From a bacterium (GTDB taxonomy: Bacteria; Desulfobacterota; DSWW01), in contig JBFLZG010000062.1 in NCBI GenBank assembly GCA_040756235.1, positions 64,001 to 128,000 on the forward strand: a stretch of 64,000 nt of DNA, read 5' to 3'. The position numbers and the translations under genes were made by a program. Under the pieces are notes generated by a model. That model was not told the DNA's origin and ran no database searches. It saw only the letters and a program-made list of their open reading frames with translations. Below are positions 27,966 through 37,179 of the stretch, piece by piece; within the stretch, counting starts at the first letter, position 1; every line of letters begins with the position of its first letter.

Positions 27966-28214
27966 GCTGTCCCCTTCTCTTATGCTTGTTGGGGGTTGGC
28001 TGATCAAAAGGGGCACCCGACCCCGGTGCGGGACCCGACCTTACCGAGTCCCGGCTCTCGAGCTTAGATGTCCAGGGATGAGGCACGGGTACAGAAGGCG
28101 AGGGGGAAGTTCACCACGGGCGGTGGACTTCCGCGGCATCTGATCGCAGATCCCCGTCGTATGGACAATGGCTCATGGGACGCGGTGGGCTCGGAAGAGG
28201 CGGCAGGGCCGGCC

Positions 28215-28454
28215 TCATGAGTGGGTGATGTCTTCTTCTCCCGGGCCCTCCCGGAACGGAGGGAGGTGTCGTCCGAAGCGTTGACGGAGTTGATGGCCCG
28301 TTGTGGGAGCAAAAAGCATCCCGAGGCCGACGCCGACCAGAATGCCGGCGCCGAACATCCCCAGCGCGGGGAGCAGGTAGTCGGCGCTCTGGCGTCGGGA
28401 GGACAAGCCGACCAGCTTCAGAAGGTCTTCACGGCTCATGTCGCGCACTTTCAT
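28215..28454 (-). CDS. YtxH-like protein
   Basis: FGAGILVGVGLGMLFAPTTGHQLR; GGAGGG RBS; overlaps the upstream stop. Confidence 0.82.
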   Translation of the reverse strand: MKVRDMSREDLLKLVGLSSRRQSADYLLPALGMFGAGILVGVGLGMLFAPTTGHQLRQRFGRHLPPFREGPGEEDITHS

Positions 28455-28903
28455 GGCTCTTCCCTCCACCCCGAGCTCTGAGCGGTCGGTCCCCAGGCGT
28501 CCGTTTCTCGTTCGCCGGCCCCGGTCTGCATCGAGGGGGGACGCGTCAACTCTCTGAAAAGGCTCCGCAAGGCCCATCTGCGGCCGTCTCCGAGCAGGGA
28601 GCCTGTAATGAGCATGGAGCCTGCAACGCGAGAGTTGAGGCCGCCACCGAGCACGTATCCGATACCCGCCGCAGCGGCGAGCATGACGTAGGGTCTCCGG
28701 TCCATTTGCTCCCGTACGACGGTCCGCAAATCCCGCGAAACGTGGCCGAGGGATTCAGATAGCGCTTGCACGTCCCTGCGCATCGTCTGGGCATGGCCGC
28801 GCAACTCCTGACTGTGAGCATGGAGGCTCCCATAGCCGAACCCTCCATTTCCCTGCTGCCCTTCATTCGCTGTTCTACCGGATCGTTCTTCCATGATTTG
28901 CAT
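28451..28903 (-). CDS. DUF883/ElaB-YqjD-like membrane-anchored protein
   Basis: Coiled coil then RRPYVMLAAAAGIGYVLGGGL; GGGAG RBS. Confidence 0.72.
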   Translation of the reverse strand: MQIMEERSGRTANEGQQGNGGFGYGSLHAHSQELRGHAQTMRRDVQALSESLGHVSRDLRTVVREQMDRRPYVMLAAAAGIGYVLGGGLNSRVAGSMLITGSLLGDGRRWALRSLFRELTRPPSMQTGAGERETDAWGPTAQSSGWREEP

Positions 28904-28929
28904 CGCTCCCTTTACACTGGAATAGACTA

Positions 28930-29133
28930 CTACCAACGAGACACCAACCTCCCGAGGAACCAACCGGTCGCCAGAGCGGCCAGCAGCGCGCCGATGGGGT
29001 ACTCCCGGGCGAAAACCTTCACTCTGGTATCGATGTCCGCTGCGACCTGACGCGCCTCCGCCATCCTGTCGCGGATTTCCTGGGAAGCTGCAGAGACCGT
29101 CTCCGAGGGACGAAAGGAAGAAGTCGGTTCCAT
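28930..29133 (-). CDS. Small DUF883-like tail-anchored protein
   Basis: FAREYPIGALLAALATGWFLGRL; GAGGTG RBS. Confidence 0.8.
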   Translation of the reverse strand: MEPTSSFRPSETVSAASQEIRDRMAEARQVAADIDTRVKVFAREYPIGALLAALATGWFLGRLVSRW

Positions 29134-29404
29134 GGATCACCTCTAAGTCACGTGTGGTCTGACCGTGTCGGGCCGCTCGCAAGAGGATCGCCCAAGGCCG
29201 CCTCTCTCTCTCTCTGCCGCAGCCCGAAGCCTTCGGGGCCCCGCTCGGGGGCCCAAAACACTCCTTAGATGCACCAGGAGAGACGGACGGGTGCGACGGC
29301 CGGTTGCGCAGAGACGGGTGGAAGGGGCCCATCGAAACGCGGGGGAGCACAGGAGCATCAGAGGAGTCCAGAAGAATCTCGTACACCTGCCGCGCAGGAA
29401 AAGC

Positions 29405-31039
29405 ATGAGACGTTTGTGGGTGGTCGGCATCGTGGTCGCGCTGGCCGCAGGGAGCGTCGTGGCCGCGTCCTTCCTGGTCGATGAGCCCTTGCGGCGCGTC
29501 ATGGAAGAGCGGATCAATGAGCGTCTCAAAGGGTATACGGCGCGCGTCGGAAAGATCGACTTCCACCCGGCAGGGTTCTCACTGGATCTGAGGGACCTAG
29601 CGGTTGCACAGAACGCGCATCCGCATCCACCGGTCCTGTCCGTGCGAGAGCTGACCGCAAGCGTCCACTGGGGCGCGTTGCTGCGCGGTCGTCTGGTTGC
29701 CGACTTCAGGCTCGAGGAGCCCAGAGCTTACATCAACCTCATCCAGCTCCGGGAGGAGGTCAAGAACAAGCGGTCCGTCGACGAACAGGGTTGGCAGGAG
29801 GCGGTTCAGTCCATCTATCCTCTCGAGATCAACCTCTTCACCATACTGCAGGGCGACTTTACCTACATCGACAAGGATCCCGAGAGGCCCTTGCGTGCGA
29901 GCGCTATCCGGCTGACGGCCGACAACATCCGGAACGTGCGCTCGGAGGCGGACCCGTTTCCGTCGGGTCTTTACCTGGAAGCGGTCGTCTTCGATTCGGG
30001 GAAGATGGTGCTGGACGGCGCGGCGGACTTCCTGGCCGAGCCTCACCCGGCGGTCAGGGCCTCCATGCTTCTGGAAAGGATCGACCTCGGGTATTTCGAG
30101 CCGGTGGCGGAGCGCTACAATCTGCGGTTGCGAAAAGGGGACCTCTCGGCCGAAGGCGAAATCGAGTACGCGCCCCAGAAGCGGGCCCTCGAACTGCGTA
30201 AGGCCACGATCCGAGGCGTGACGCTCGACTACCTGCACACCGCTGAAACGGCGAAGCTGGAGGAAGCTCGTGCCGAGCAGGTGAAAGGCGCGGCCCAGGA
30301 GGTGGCGAACAAGCCGAAGACGCTCATCCGGGTGGAGTCTCTTCAGGTGCTGGACAGCGAGATCGGGTACGTCGATCGGGAGGCGGAGAATCCATACCGA
30401 TTGTTTTTCTCCGTTGCCGATCTCGGTGTGCAGAACCTGAGCAATCACGCCACCGAGGGAGAGGCGTTGGTGAGCATGACCGGGAAGTTCATGGGAACCG
30501 GGCGTTCCCGGTTGCGGGCAACCTTCAGGCCGGAGGTGCGCGGGGCCGACTTCGACTTGGACGTGCGGATCGAGGACACCGAGCTGGCGGCGATGAATGA
30601 CCTGCTCAGGACCTATGGGAAATTCGACGTGGCGGGGGGAACGTTCTCGCTCTACTCGGAAGTGGGCGTGAAGAACGAGCGCATCACCGGCTACGTGAAG
30701 CCTTTTTTCAAAGACTTGGAGGTGTACAGTCCCGAGCAGGAGAAGGACAAGCCGCTGCTGAAGAAGGCGTACGAGGGACTGGTCGGTGCGGTGGGAAAGC
30801 TCCTGGAGAATCCGCCCCGGGAGCAGGTGGCTACTCAGGTGGATATCGGAGGGCCGGTGGAGAATCCGAAAGCCAGCAGGCTCGAGACCATTGCCGGTTT
30901 GATCCGGAACGCGTATTTCAAAGCCTTTCTGCCGGGTCTCGAAGGGAACATCCGGTCTGAGGAGGATGGCTCGTCTTCCCGAGAGGAGGTGCCCGAGGAC
31001 GATGGGTCGAAGGACGAGGACGGGGAGGAGAACCCCTGA
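29405..31039 (+). CDS. DUF748 (AsmA-like) domain protein
   Basis: N-terminal TM, beta-rich body, C-terminal GYVKPFF...LLEN...QVAT.V.I.G....P...IRNAY pattern. Confidence 0.82.
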   Translation: MRRLWVVGIVVALAAGSVVAASFLVDEPLRRVMEERINERLKGYTARVGKIDFHPAGFSLDLRDLAVAQNAHPHPPVLSVRELTASVHWGALLRGRLVADFRLEEPRAYINLIQLREEVKNKRSVDEQGWQEAVQSIYPLEINLFTILQGDFTYIDKDPERPLRASAIRLTADNIRNVRSEADPFPSGLYLEAVVFDSGKMVLDGAADFLAEPHPAVRASMLLERIDLGYFEPVAERYNLRLRKGDLSAEGEIEYAPQKRALELRKATIRGVTLDYLHTAETAKLEEARAEQVKGAAQEVANKPKTLIRVESLQVLDSEIGYVDREAENPYRLFFSVADLGVQNLSNHATEGEALVSMTGKFMGTGRSRLRATFRPEVRGADFDLDVRIEDTELAAMNDLLRTYGKFDVAGGTFSLYSEVGVKNERITGYVKPFFKDLEVYSPEQEKDKPLLKKAYEGLVGAVGKLLENPPREQVATQVDIGGPVENPKASRLETIAGLIRNAYFKAFLPGLEGNIRSEEDGSSSREEVPEDDGSKDEDGEENP

Positions 31040-31136
31040 GGAAGCCCTTCGCTGGCTGGCCCGACGCTGAGCGCTCACCTTCGGGCGGACAGGGGGGATC
31101 CGCCTGGTGCGATGGATCCTCCCGGTCCATCCGGGT

Positions 31137-32063
31137 TCATTCGGACTCACGTATCGACCGCACGTGGATGATCTTCTGCCCCTCGCTCTCGGAAACGGTC
31201 CCGGTCACGCGCACCGTCTTGCCCTGAAGATTGGCAACTTCTTTGCCGCTGATCTGATAGCGGCCCTGCTCGGACTCGAGGACCCAGCCCGAATCCGCTC
31301 TCTCGAGCTTGCCGGTGACCGTCAGCTCCTGCTCGCCGGTCGCTCCCGCGGAGGCCGTGGCGATGTACCGCTTGACGCTGTTCTGGAAGTTCTTTGCAAG
31401 GGGAGGCACCTCGACATTCTCACCTTGCAGAATTTGACTGGCCGCGACGTTCGGCTGTCCGTAGAGCTCGCCGTTCTCCTTCTGCATGACGGAGATGACG
31501 GCCCCCTCGATCGACGCCGACGCCAGCAGTCCCTTGTTGTCGATCTTGTAGGTAAGGATGTCAGCGTTGTCGATCGGCCGCTCGGCACCGTAGGAGCGGG
31601 CCTGAACCGAGCCGACCGGGCCCGCAGTCACGGAAAGATCGGCGCCGGCCGTGAATTTTCCCCGGAGGAGCTTGTCGATGGCATTCTGGGTGCGGAACAG
31701 CAGGATGAAATCGCTGGTCTCTGCACCGAGCTGGGCGCCCAAGCTGCCGCCGGTCAGGGAAACGAGCAACGGCGGGCTCCATTCGCCGTCTTGTTTCTGC
31801 ATGAATGCCCCTTCGCCATGTTCGCCACCGATGATGGCAGCGGCACGGATGACCTTGGGGAATACCGCGATCCCTCTGGACTCGTTGAGAAGCTCCGGCG
31901 GGATGGTCTGCGGAGAGGCCCCGATCTTGTTCAGAACGGCGCTGGCTTCCTGGAGCTGCTGGGCCGTGTCGCCTTGCTCGGCTGCAAGAGCGCCGGAACC
32001 CCAGGCCAGCAAGACCGCTGTCATGAAAAGGACAAACCCTACGTACAGATTCGTCACTTTCAT
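31137..32063 (-). CDS. Secreted Ysc84/SYLF lipid-binding protein with a C-terminal DUF5818-like domain
   Basis: IPPELL...GIAVFP...IIGGEHGEG...WSPP...GGSLGAQLG...AGPVG; GGAGG RBS. Confidence 0.88.
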   Translation of the reverse strand: MKVTNLYVGFVLFMTAVLLAWGSGALAAEQGDTAQQLQEASAVLNKIGASPQTIPPELLNESRGIAVFPKVIRAAAIIGGEHGEGAFMQKQDGEWSPPLLVSLTGGSLGAQLGAETSDFILLFRTQNAIDKLLRGKFTAGADLSVTAGPVGSVQARSYGAERPIDNADILTYKIDNKGLLASASIEGAVISVMQKENGELYGQPNVAASQILQGENVEVPPLAKNFQNSVKRYIATASAGATGEQELTVTGKLERADSGWVLESEQGRYQISGKEVANLQGKTVRVTGTVSESEGQKIIHVRSIRESE

Positions 32064-32261
32064 GCCTTCCTCCTTTTCTGGTTCGAGTTGGCGTTTTCCT
32101 ACTGCGTTTGAGTTTTTCGATACGCCGGTCGCGCGCCGGGATTCAACGAGGGTTTGCCTCGGGTGGGGTCGGTCTTGGCGCCGGAGGAAGTTCCGGGGGC
32201 GGACCCTGTGGTCTGCGGGGGTATGTGCGGGACGAGCGCGCACTGGCGTGGGCTGCGTCCC

Positions 32262-32297
32262 AAAAAAGAGGGGGTACGCGCTTCGCATACCCCCTCC
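32262..32297 (-). terminator. Rho-independent terminator
   Basis: Minus strand GAGGGGGTA...TACCCCCTC followed by T6, downstream of the stop at 32344. Confidence 0.8.
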
Positions 32298-32343
32298 GGG
32301 TTCCATCTCATGGATCGACCGGGCAGACGACACCGGCCAAAAG

Positions 32344-32766
32344 CTAGTAGCCCGAGCCCGAGGAGCTGCCACCCTCCATGCCCGGAGAGCCCCCGCCTTC
32401 CATGCTGCCCGAGGAGCCTCCCATGGGGGGGCTTTCTCCGAGTCCCTGCTCGGCTCCACCCTCGCTCAGCCGCTGGAAGTTGGTCACTTCGATGGAGGGC
32501 GTGCCGCCGGATTCCTTGACGGTGCCGGTTATCTGGACCCTTTCACCAACATGATCGCGAAGCTGGTCGGCCATATCGCCCTTCAGCTTGTACTCCTGCC
32601 CCGCGTCGCTCATGAACTTGTTGCCGTCCGTGATCTTCCCGGAAAGGGTTTGCTCGCTTTGCGCGCTGCCGGCGGACTCGCCGTAATCGGCCGCAAGGGC
32701 CACAGCCGTCATCCCAGTGACCAACGCCACTGACAGAAACGCGAACAGAAAAACACGAGGTCTCAT
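32344..32766 (-). CDS. Small secreted DUF5818-like protein with a Gly/Ser-rich tail
   Basis: AGGAGG RBS, signal peptide, clear similarity to 27612..27965. Confidence 0.85.
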   Translation of the reverse strand: MRPRVFLFAFLSVALVTGMTAVALAADYGESAGSAQSEQTLSGKITDGNKFMSDAGQEYKLKGDMADQLRDHVGERVQITGTVKESGGTPSIEVTNFQRLSEGGAEQGLGESPPMGGSSGSMEGGGSPGMEGGSSSGSGY

Positions 32767-32832
32767 GAGTTCCCTCCTTTGCCTTCGTTCATTGCTGATC
32801 TTCGGAAGAGCTCAGCAGCCAAAGTCATCCTT

Positions 32833-32868
32833 TCGCCCACATACCTCACCTCGCCCACATACCTCACC
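32833..32868. repeat. 18-bp perfect tandem repeat x2 plus a degenerate third unit
   Basis: TCGCCCACATACCTCACC twice, then CTCGAACCATCACCTCC. Confidence 0.9.
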
Positions 32869-33099
32869 CTCGAACCATCACCTCCTTTCAAAGGCCCGTT
32901 ATGATTTGCTGACCGAAGGCCAGCGCAGTCAACCGGACTTTTAGATGCCTGAGGGGCGCCTTTTGGATACCCTGGGCGACGGAGGAGGGGCGGCCGCGGC
33001 GCTGCCGGTGTTGCCGGCAGCGAGGAAGAATCGAGCAGACATTGCCCGTTCGGAGAGCGTGAAGGGGGGAGCGCCTGTTTGTCGCGAGTACACGAGGAC

Positions 33100-33267
33100 A
33101 GGGGCCCGCTTCAGCGCTCTGGATGGATGCAAGGCAGGCGGAGCCCAGAGGAATGTGGCGTACCTGGTGGGAGCCGCTGTGGACCCCGGCTTTCCCCGGG
33201 GCAGTCTCCCCCATCCTGCATACCCCTGAGCGCAACGCCGCAGATGGGCCTTTTTCAACGGCGGGCT
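33100..33267 (+). mobile_element. MITE-like element, copy C (left end degenerate)
   Basis: GATGCAAGGC...GAGGAATGTGGCGTAC...GACCCCGGCTTTCCCCGGGGC...GAGCGCAACGCCGCAGATGGGCCTTTTTCAACGGC. Confidence 0.7.
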
Positions 33268-33294
33268 GGCACGCCGTTGAAGAACTTCGAAGAT

Positions 33295-33420
33295 GCAGGC
33301 CGTTCAAAAAGGTCCAGATGCAAGGCGCGCGAAGGTTGAGGAACGAGGCGTACTTGCGTACGCCGCAGTGACGATGACCGAGCGCAACGCCGCAGATGGG
33401 CCTTTTTCAACGGCCTGCTA
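33295..33420 (+). mobile_element. MITE-like element, copy D (best preserved)
   Basis: TIR GCAGGCCGTTCAAAAAGGTCCA versus reverse complement GCAGGCCGTTGAAAAAGGCCCA; ends on the TAG stop of the next gene. Confidence 0.85.
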
Positions 33421-34569
33421 AGCGCCGGCGAGAGTCTGGCGTACAGCCTCGGGGTCCCTGGCGTAGATCTCGATGAGCTTTTCGCAGCCGATGCTCCGGG
33501 TCAGATCGACACCCCGTTCGAGCAGCTTGTACGCCTGGAGCCCAGCCTTGGAGGAGACGTCCTGCTGGATCAGAGCGGGAGAGATCTGGCCCTCGAGGTA
33601 GAGGGGCACGAAAGCGCGGACCAACCCCCCCACAACGGCCTCCTCGACTTCCATCCATTCCTGGACCACCCGCTTCGCACCCTTTATGTCCCGGACTCCT
33701 TCCTTGTGGATCTGCTTGCGGATGGCCTCCTGGGTGTACGGCCGCAAGGCCAGGTGGAGCGTCTCCTCGACCGGCACCGTCAGCAGGGTGTAGGGGTTCT
33801 TGGCGCTTGTCTGCCAGACCATGTAGTGATTGGCCTCGAATTCGAACCGTCCGTCTTCGCGGATGCAAAGATTGGTCGTGTAAGAGCCGAGAACGCCCGT
33901 GAAGTCGTTGCAGCTCAGCTCGATGGCCACGGATTTGCGAGCGCGGTCCGAGAAAACGTACCTGCCGAGGTGTTCTTCCGCGAGATTGCGGACGAGGAAG
34001 ACCGTCATGCCCTGGTCAGGGATCTCCGGCTTTTCCCGTTGCAGCGTCTCGATCTTATCGTAAGGGTTGGCCAGGTTGGTCTTCTGCAGGACGAATTCGA
34101 TCACGCCCCGGCAGTAATTCTCGAAGGCGAGGGCGTACTCCCTGTTCCTCTCCGGAACAAAGAGCAGTCGGCTGCGAAAACTGTCGAGCTTCCATTCGAG
34201 ATCGTTCGAGCCGAGGTCCTTCTGGATGGAACGGACGAGCTCCGGATGGCCGTTGATGTAAGCAATGTTGGCCTTGTGGGTGGCCTCATCGAGGCCCTTT
34301 TCGTAGTCGCTGAACGGCAGCAGGGGCTCCTCATCCCTGGTCTGCGCCTGCACGAGGGAGAGCAGATGCGGGATGTTCTGCTGGGCGCAGGCGTGGGAGA
34401 CGGTCCAGATCAGAACAGAGATGCAGACCATAAGTACGGATAGCGTGCCGAAGACGAGAAGGTGCAGGAGCGGTCTAGAGGGCCTGGCGGAAGCGTCCGG
34501 TCGGGCAGTCCCCGTGGGCAGGGGTCCCCCGCAAGCAGATGGGAACGGGTGTTCCCTGCCTGGTTCCAT
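33418..34569 (-). CDS. Membrane-anchored hypothetical protein (383 aa)
   Basis: AGGGGGA RBS, one N-terminal TM, host-like codon usage, upstream sigma-70 promoter. Confidence 0.8.
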   Translation of the reverse strand: MEPGREHPFPSACGGPLPTGTARPDASARPSRPLLHLLVFGTLSVLMVCISVLIWTVSHACAQQNIPHLLSLVQAQTRDEEPLLPFSDYEKGLDEATHKANIAYINGHPELVRSIQKDLGSNDLEWKLDSFRSRLLFVPERNREYALAFENYCRGVIEFVLQKTNLANPYDKIETLQREKPEIPDQGMTVFLVRNLAEEHLGRYVFSDRARKSVAIELSCNDFTGVLGSYTTNLCIREDGRFEFEANHYMVWQTSAKNPYTLLTVPVEETLHLALRPYTQEAIRKQIHKEGVRDIKGAKRVVQEWMEVEEAVVGGLVRAFVPLYLEGQISPALIQQDVSSKAGLQAYKLLERGVDLTRSIGCEKLIEIYARDPEAVRQTLAGA

Positions 34570-34706
34570 GAATGTCCCCCCTTATCGGCGGCTTCTGGGT
34601 TGCGGCCGCAAGCACACGGCTGCCGCGGCCTTCATGGTCATGTCTCATCGATCCGGCCCTCGCGCCCACCAGGCTTCGAACGGCGAACCAAAGACAAGGA
34701 AGGTCA

Positions 34707-34735
34707 AGCGTAGCATGCACGCACTCTGGTGTCAA
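34707..34735 (-). promoter_or_regulatory. Putative sigma-70 promoter
   Basis: Minus strand TTGACA-N17-TACGCT with TG in the extended -10 position. Confidence 0.65.
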
Positions 34736-34900
34736 CCCTACCAAAGGCATATGGTTCAGCCTAACGCAGGGTGCACGAAGTCTGAGGAACGAGACGCACT
34801 TCCGGCAGGCCGCCGTGCGAGAGGCGGGGAATGCCTCGTTGCGCTGGCCACCGCCTGCGCAGGGTGGGCTCGTTGCAGCGGCCTGCCGACCATGCTTGGA

Positions 34901-36151
34901 TCAGGGATACAGACCCCGCAGCACCATCGCATCCCTTACCCGCTGGACGGCCACAACGTAGGAAGCCAGCCGCATGTTGACTCTCTGGTCTTGGGAGATC
35001 TGCCAGACGCTCTCGAAGGCTTCTTCCATGATGCCCTTCAGCCTGGACTGGACTTCCCCCTCTGACCAGAAATAGCGCTCCAGGCCTTGCACCCATTCGA
35101 AGTAGGACACGGTCACGCCGCCCGCATTGGCCAGGATGTCAGGGAGGTGGTGCTTTCCTTTGCGGAAGAGGATGTCATCTGCTGCCGGGCTCACGGGCCC
35201 GTTTGCGCCCTCGACGATGATCTGCGCACGGACTCGGTCGGCATTGGCTTCATCGATCTGATGACCCAGGGCCGCCGGAATGAGGATCGTGCAGTCCAGC
35301 TCCAGCAACTCCTCGTTCGTGACCGAGTCGGCCCCCGGATACGCCGTTACGGAGCCGGTCCGGGCCTTGTGGGCGGCCACGGCGACCGGATCGAGTCCGC
35401 GGGGGTTGTAAGCTCCTCCCCGGCTGTCGCTGACGGCGACGATCCTGGCTCCCAACTCGTGAAGAATGCGGGCGGCGTTGTACCCGACGTTGCCGTAGCC
35501 CTGAACGGCGACGGTCAGGTCCTCGAGATTTCGATGAAGCCGGCGGAGCAGAGACTGGATGACGAAGGCGCAGCCGCGGCTCGTGGCTTCGTTCCGCCCC
35601 GCGGAGCCGCCTACGGCCATCGGCTTGCCCGTGACCACGCCGGGCTCTGCGTAGCCCACGGACATGCTGTAGGTATCCATGATCCAGGACATGATCTGGG
35701 GGTTGGTGTACACGTCCGGAGCCGGGATGTCCGTGCGGGGACCGAAGACGTTGATCAGCTCCGAGGTGTAGCGGCGCGTGAGACGTTGGATCTCGGGTTG
35801 CGACATTTCCTTGGGGTTGCATGCCACGCCGCCTTTCGCGCCTCCGAACGGGATATTCACGACGGCGCATTTCCAGGTCATCCACATGGCCAGGGCCGAT
35901 ACCTCGTCCAGGGTGACCTCAGGGTGATACCGGATGCCGCCTTTGGCCGGGCCCCGGGAGGTATTGTGCTGGACGCGGTAGCCCGTGAAGACTTCGACGC
36001 TGCCGTCGTCCATGCAGACCGGAACCGATACGATGAAGCTGCGGAACGGTGTGCGCAGCCTCTTGTGGATCGCCGGATCGAGACGGATCCGTTCGGCGAC
36101 GATGTCGAGCTGGCGAACAGCCATTTCCATCGGGTTTTTCCTGGCTCTCAT
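34901..36151 (-). CDS. gdhA: Glutamate dehydrogenase (Glu/Leu/Phe/Val family)
   Basis: GYRVQHN, GPAKGGIRYHP, GGAKGG, DIPAPD, QGYGNVG, EGANGP, NAGGVTVSYFEW. Confidence 0.96.
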   Translation of the reverse strand: MRARKNPMEMAVRQLDIVAERIRLDPAIHKRLRTPFRSFIVSVPVCMDDGSVEVFTGYRVQHNTSRGPAKGGIRYHPEVTLDEVSALAMWMTWKCAVVNIPFGGAKGGVACNPKEMSQPEIQRLTRRYTSELINVFGPRTDIPAPDVYTNPQIMSWIMDTYSMSVGYAEPGVVTGKPMAVGGSAGRNEATSRGCAFVIQSLLRRLHRNLEDLTVAVQGYGNVGYNAARILHELGARIVAVSDSRGGAYNPRGLDPVAVAAHKARTGSVTAYPGADSVTNEELLELDCTILIPAALGHQIDEANADRVRAQIIVEGANGPVSPAADDILFRKGKHHLPDILANAGGVTVSYFEWVQGLERYFWSEGEVQSRLKGIMEEAFESVWQISQDQRVNMRLASYVVAVQRVRDAMVLRGLYP

Positions 36152-36402
36152 GGCTTCGACCTCACTTCTTGGGTGTTGAGTGACCGAGGAATGGAGGCCT
36201 CGGGGTCCGGTCCCTTGTGCGGAGTTGCCCCGCGGGCCCGGACCTGGGCTGCAACGGATGCTTCGTGGGACCCGTCCAAGTGAGTAGGACAGACGCAGGG
36301 GCGCCCGACTCCTGGTTCGAGAGAAGCGCCTGCACGTGGTCCGAGGGCAGACGATGCGGCCGGGAGGTCGGGACAAAAACTGAAATCGTAAAGGAGTCTT
36401 CC

Positions 36403-36582
36403 ATGAAGACCTTGAGCTGCAGGGACGTGGGGGTGGATTGCGACTTCGTAGCCAGGGGTAGAACAGAGGAGGAAATCTTCCGCAAGTGCGAGGAGCACGC
36501 CCGGAAAGACCACAACATGCAGGGCATTCCGGACGATCTCCGCACGAAGATGCGAGGATTCATCCGTGAGGAGAGCCGGTGA
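36403..36582 (+). CDS. DUF1059 small metal-binding protein
   Basis: AAGGAG RBS; MKTLSCRDVGVDCDF...EEEI...HARKDH. Confidence 0.92.
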   Translation: MKTLSCRDVGVDCDFVARGRTEEEIFRKCEEHARKDHNMQGIPDDLRTKMRGFIREESR

Positions 36583-36592
36583 TTGATCCCAG

Positions 36593-36620
36593 CGGAGCGG
36601 GGCCGCTCGGCCCCGCTCCG
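36593..36620. terminator. Hairpin between convergent genes
   Basis: CGGAGCGGGGCCG / CGGCCCCGCTCCG. Confidence 0.65.
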
Positions 36621-36658
36621 TACGAGCGCCGCGGAGCGCGGGCCGGTCTGCCCCGGTC

Positions 36659-37084
36659 TCACTTGCGATTCCCGTTGCCATCGAGCATGCGCTTGGCTTC
36701 TGCCATGGACTCGAGCTTGGCGAAGGCGATGTGGCGGGGCAGATGGTTCATGCCGCAGCTGCTCGTGATGAGCGTCTGCTCGGGCGGAAGCCGGCGGTGG
36801 GCGCGTATTCTCTCCGCCACGGTCTTTTCCCAGAAGAAGTTGAGCATCGCGTTGGGCGGGGCATGGCGGTTGTTGGTGCGCCGGTGCATCTCGCCGCCCG
36901 TAATGATGTCGATGCCGGCGATTTCCTGGTCCACGATCGCCGCCCGGGTGGTACGGAGCTGGGCGTCGGCCATGTTGGCTCGTGACACGCTGCCGGCTTC
37001 CATCTGCCGTTCCAGGGCTTCGTACCAGCGAGGTACGCGGTGGGAGCCTATGACCGTGGTCGTGTAAGGGTGATAGGTGGCCAT
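36659..37084 (-). pseudogene. Cobalamin-independent methionine synthase (MetE catalytic-domain family) with a large in-frame internal deletion
   Basis: N-terminal TTVIGS.P...DQEIAGIDIITGGEMHR joined directly to C-terminal VAERI...SSCGM..LPR.IAFAKL; only 141 aa; HxC zinc motif absent. Confidence 0.8.
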
Positions 37085-37179
37085 ATTGCTCCTTTCCATG
37101 TGCACGCGCCGAATGAACGACGAGCAGGATCTGCGGAAGGGGGGCATGCGGAGCCGGCCGTGTCCGCAGTCGACGCGGT

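Noticed and set aside
32120..32170. GGCAAACCC on the minus strand as a c-di-GMP-I riboswitch
   Set aside because: The GAAA-capped P2 stem and the following GACGCAAAG element are missing
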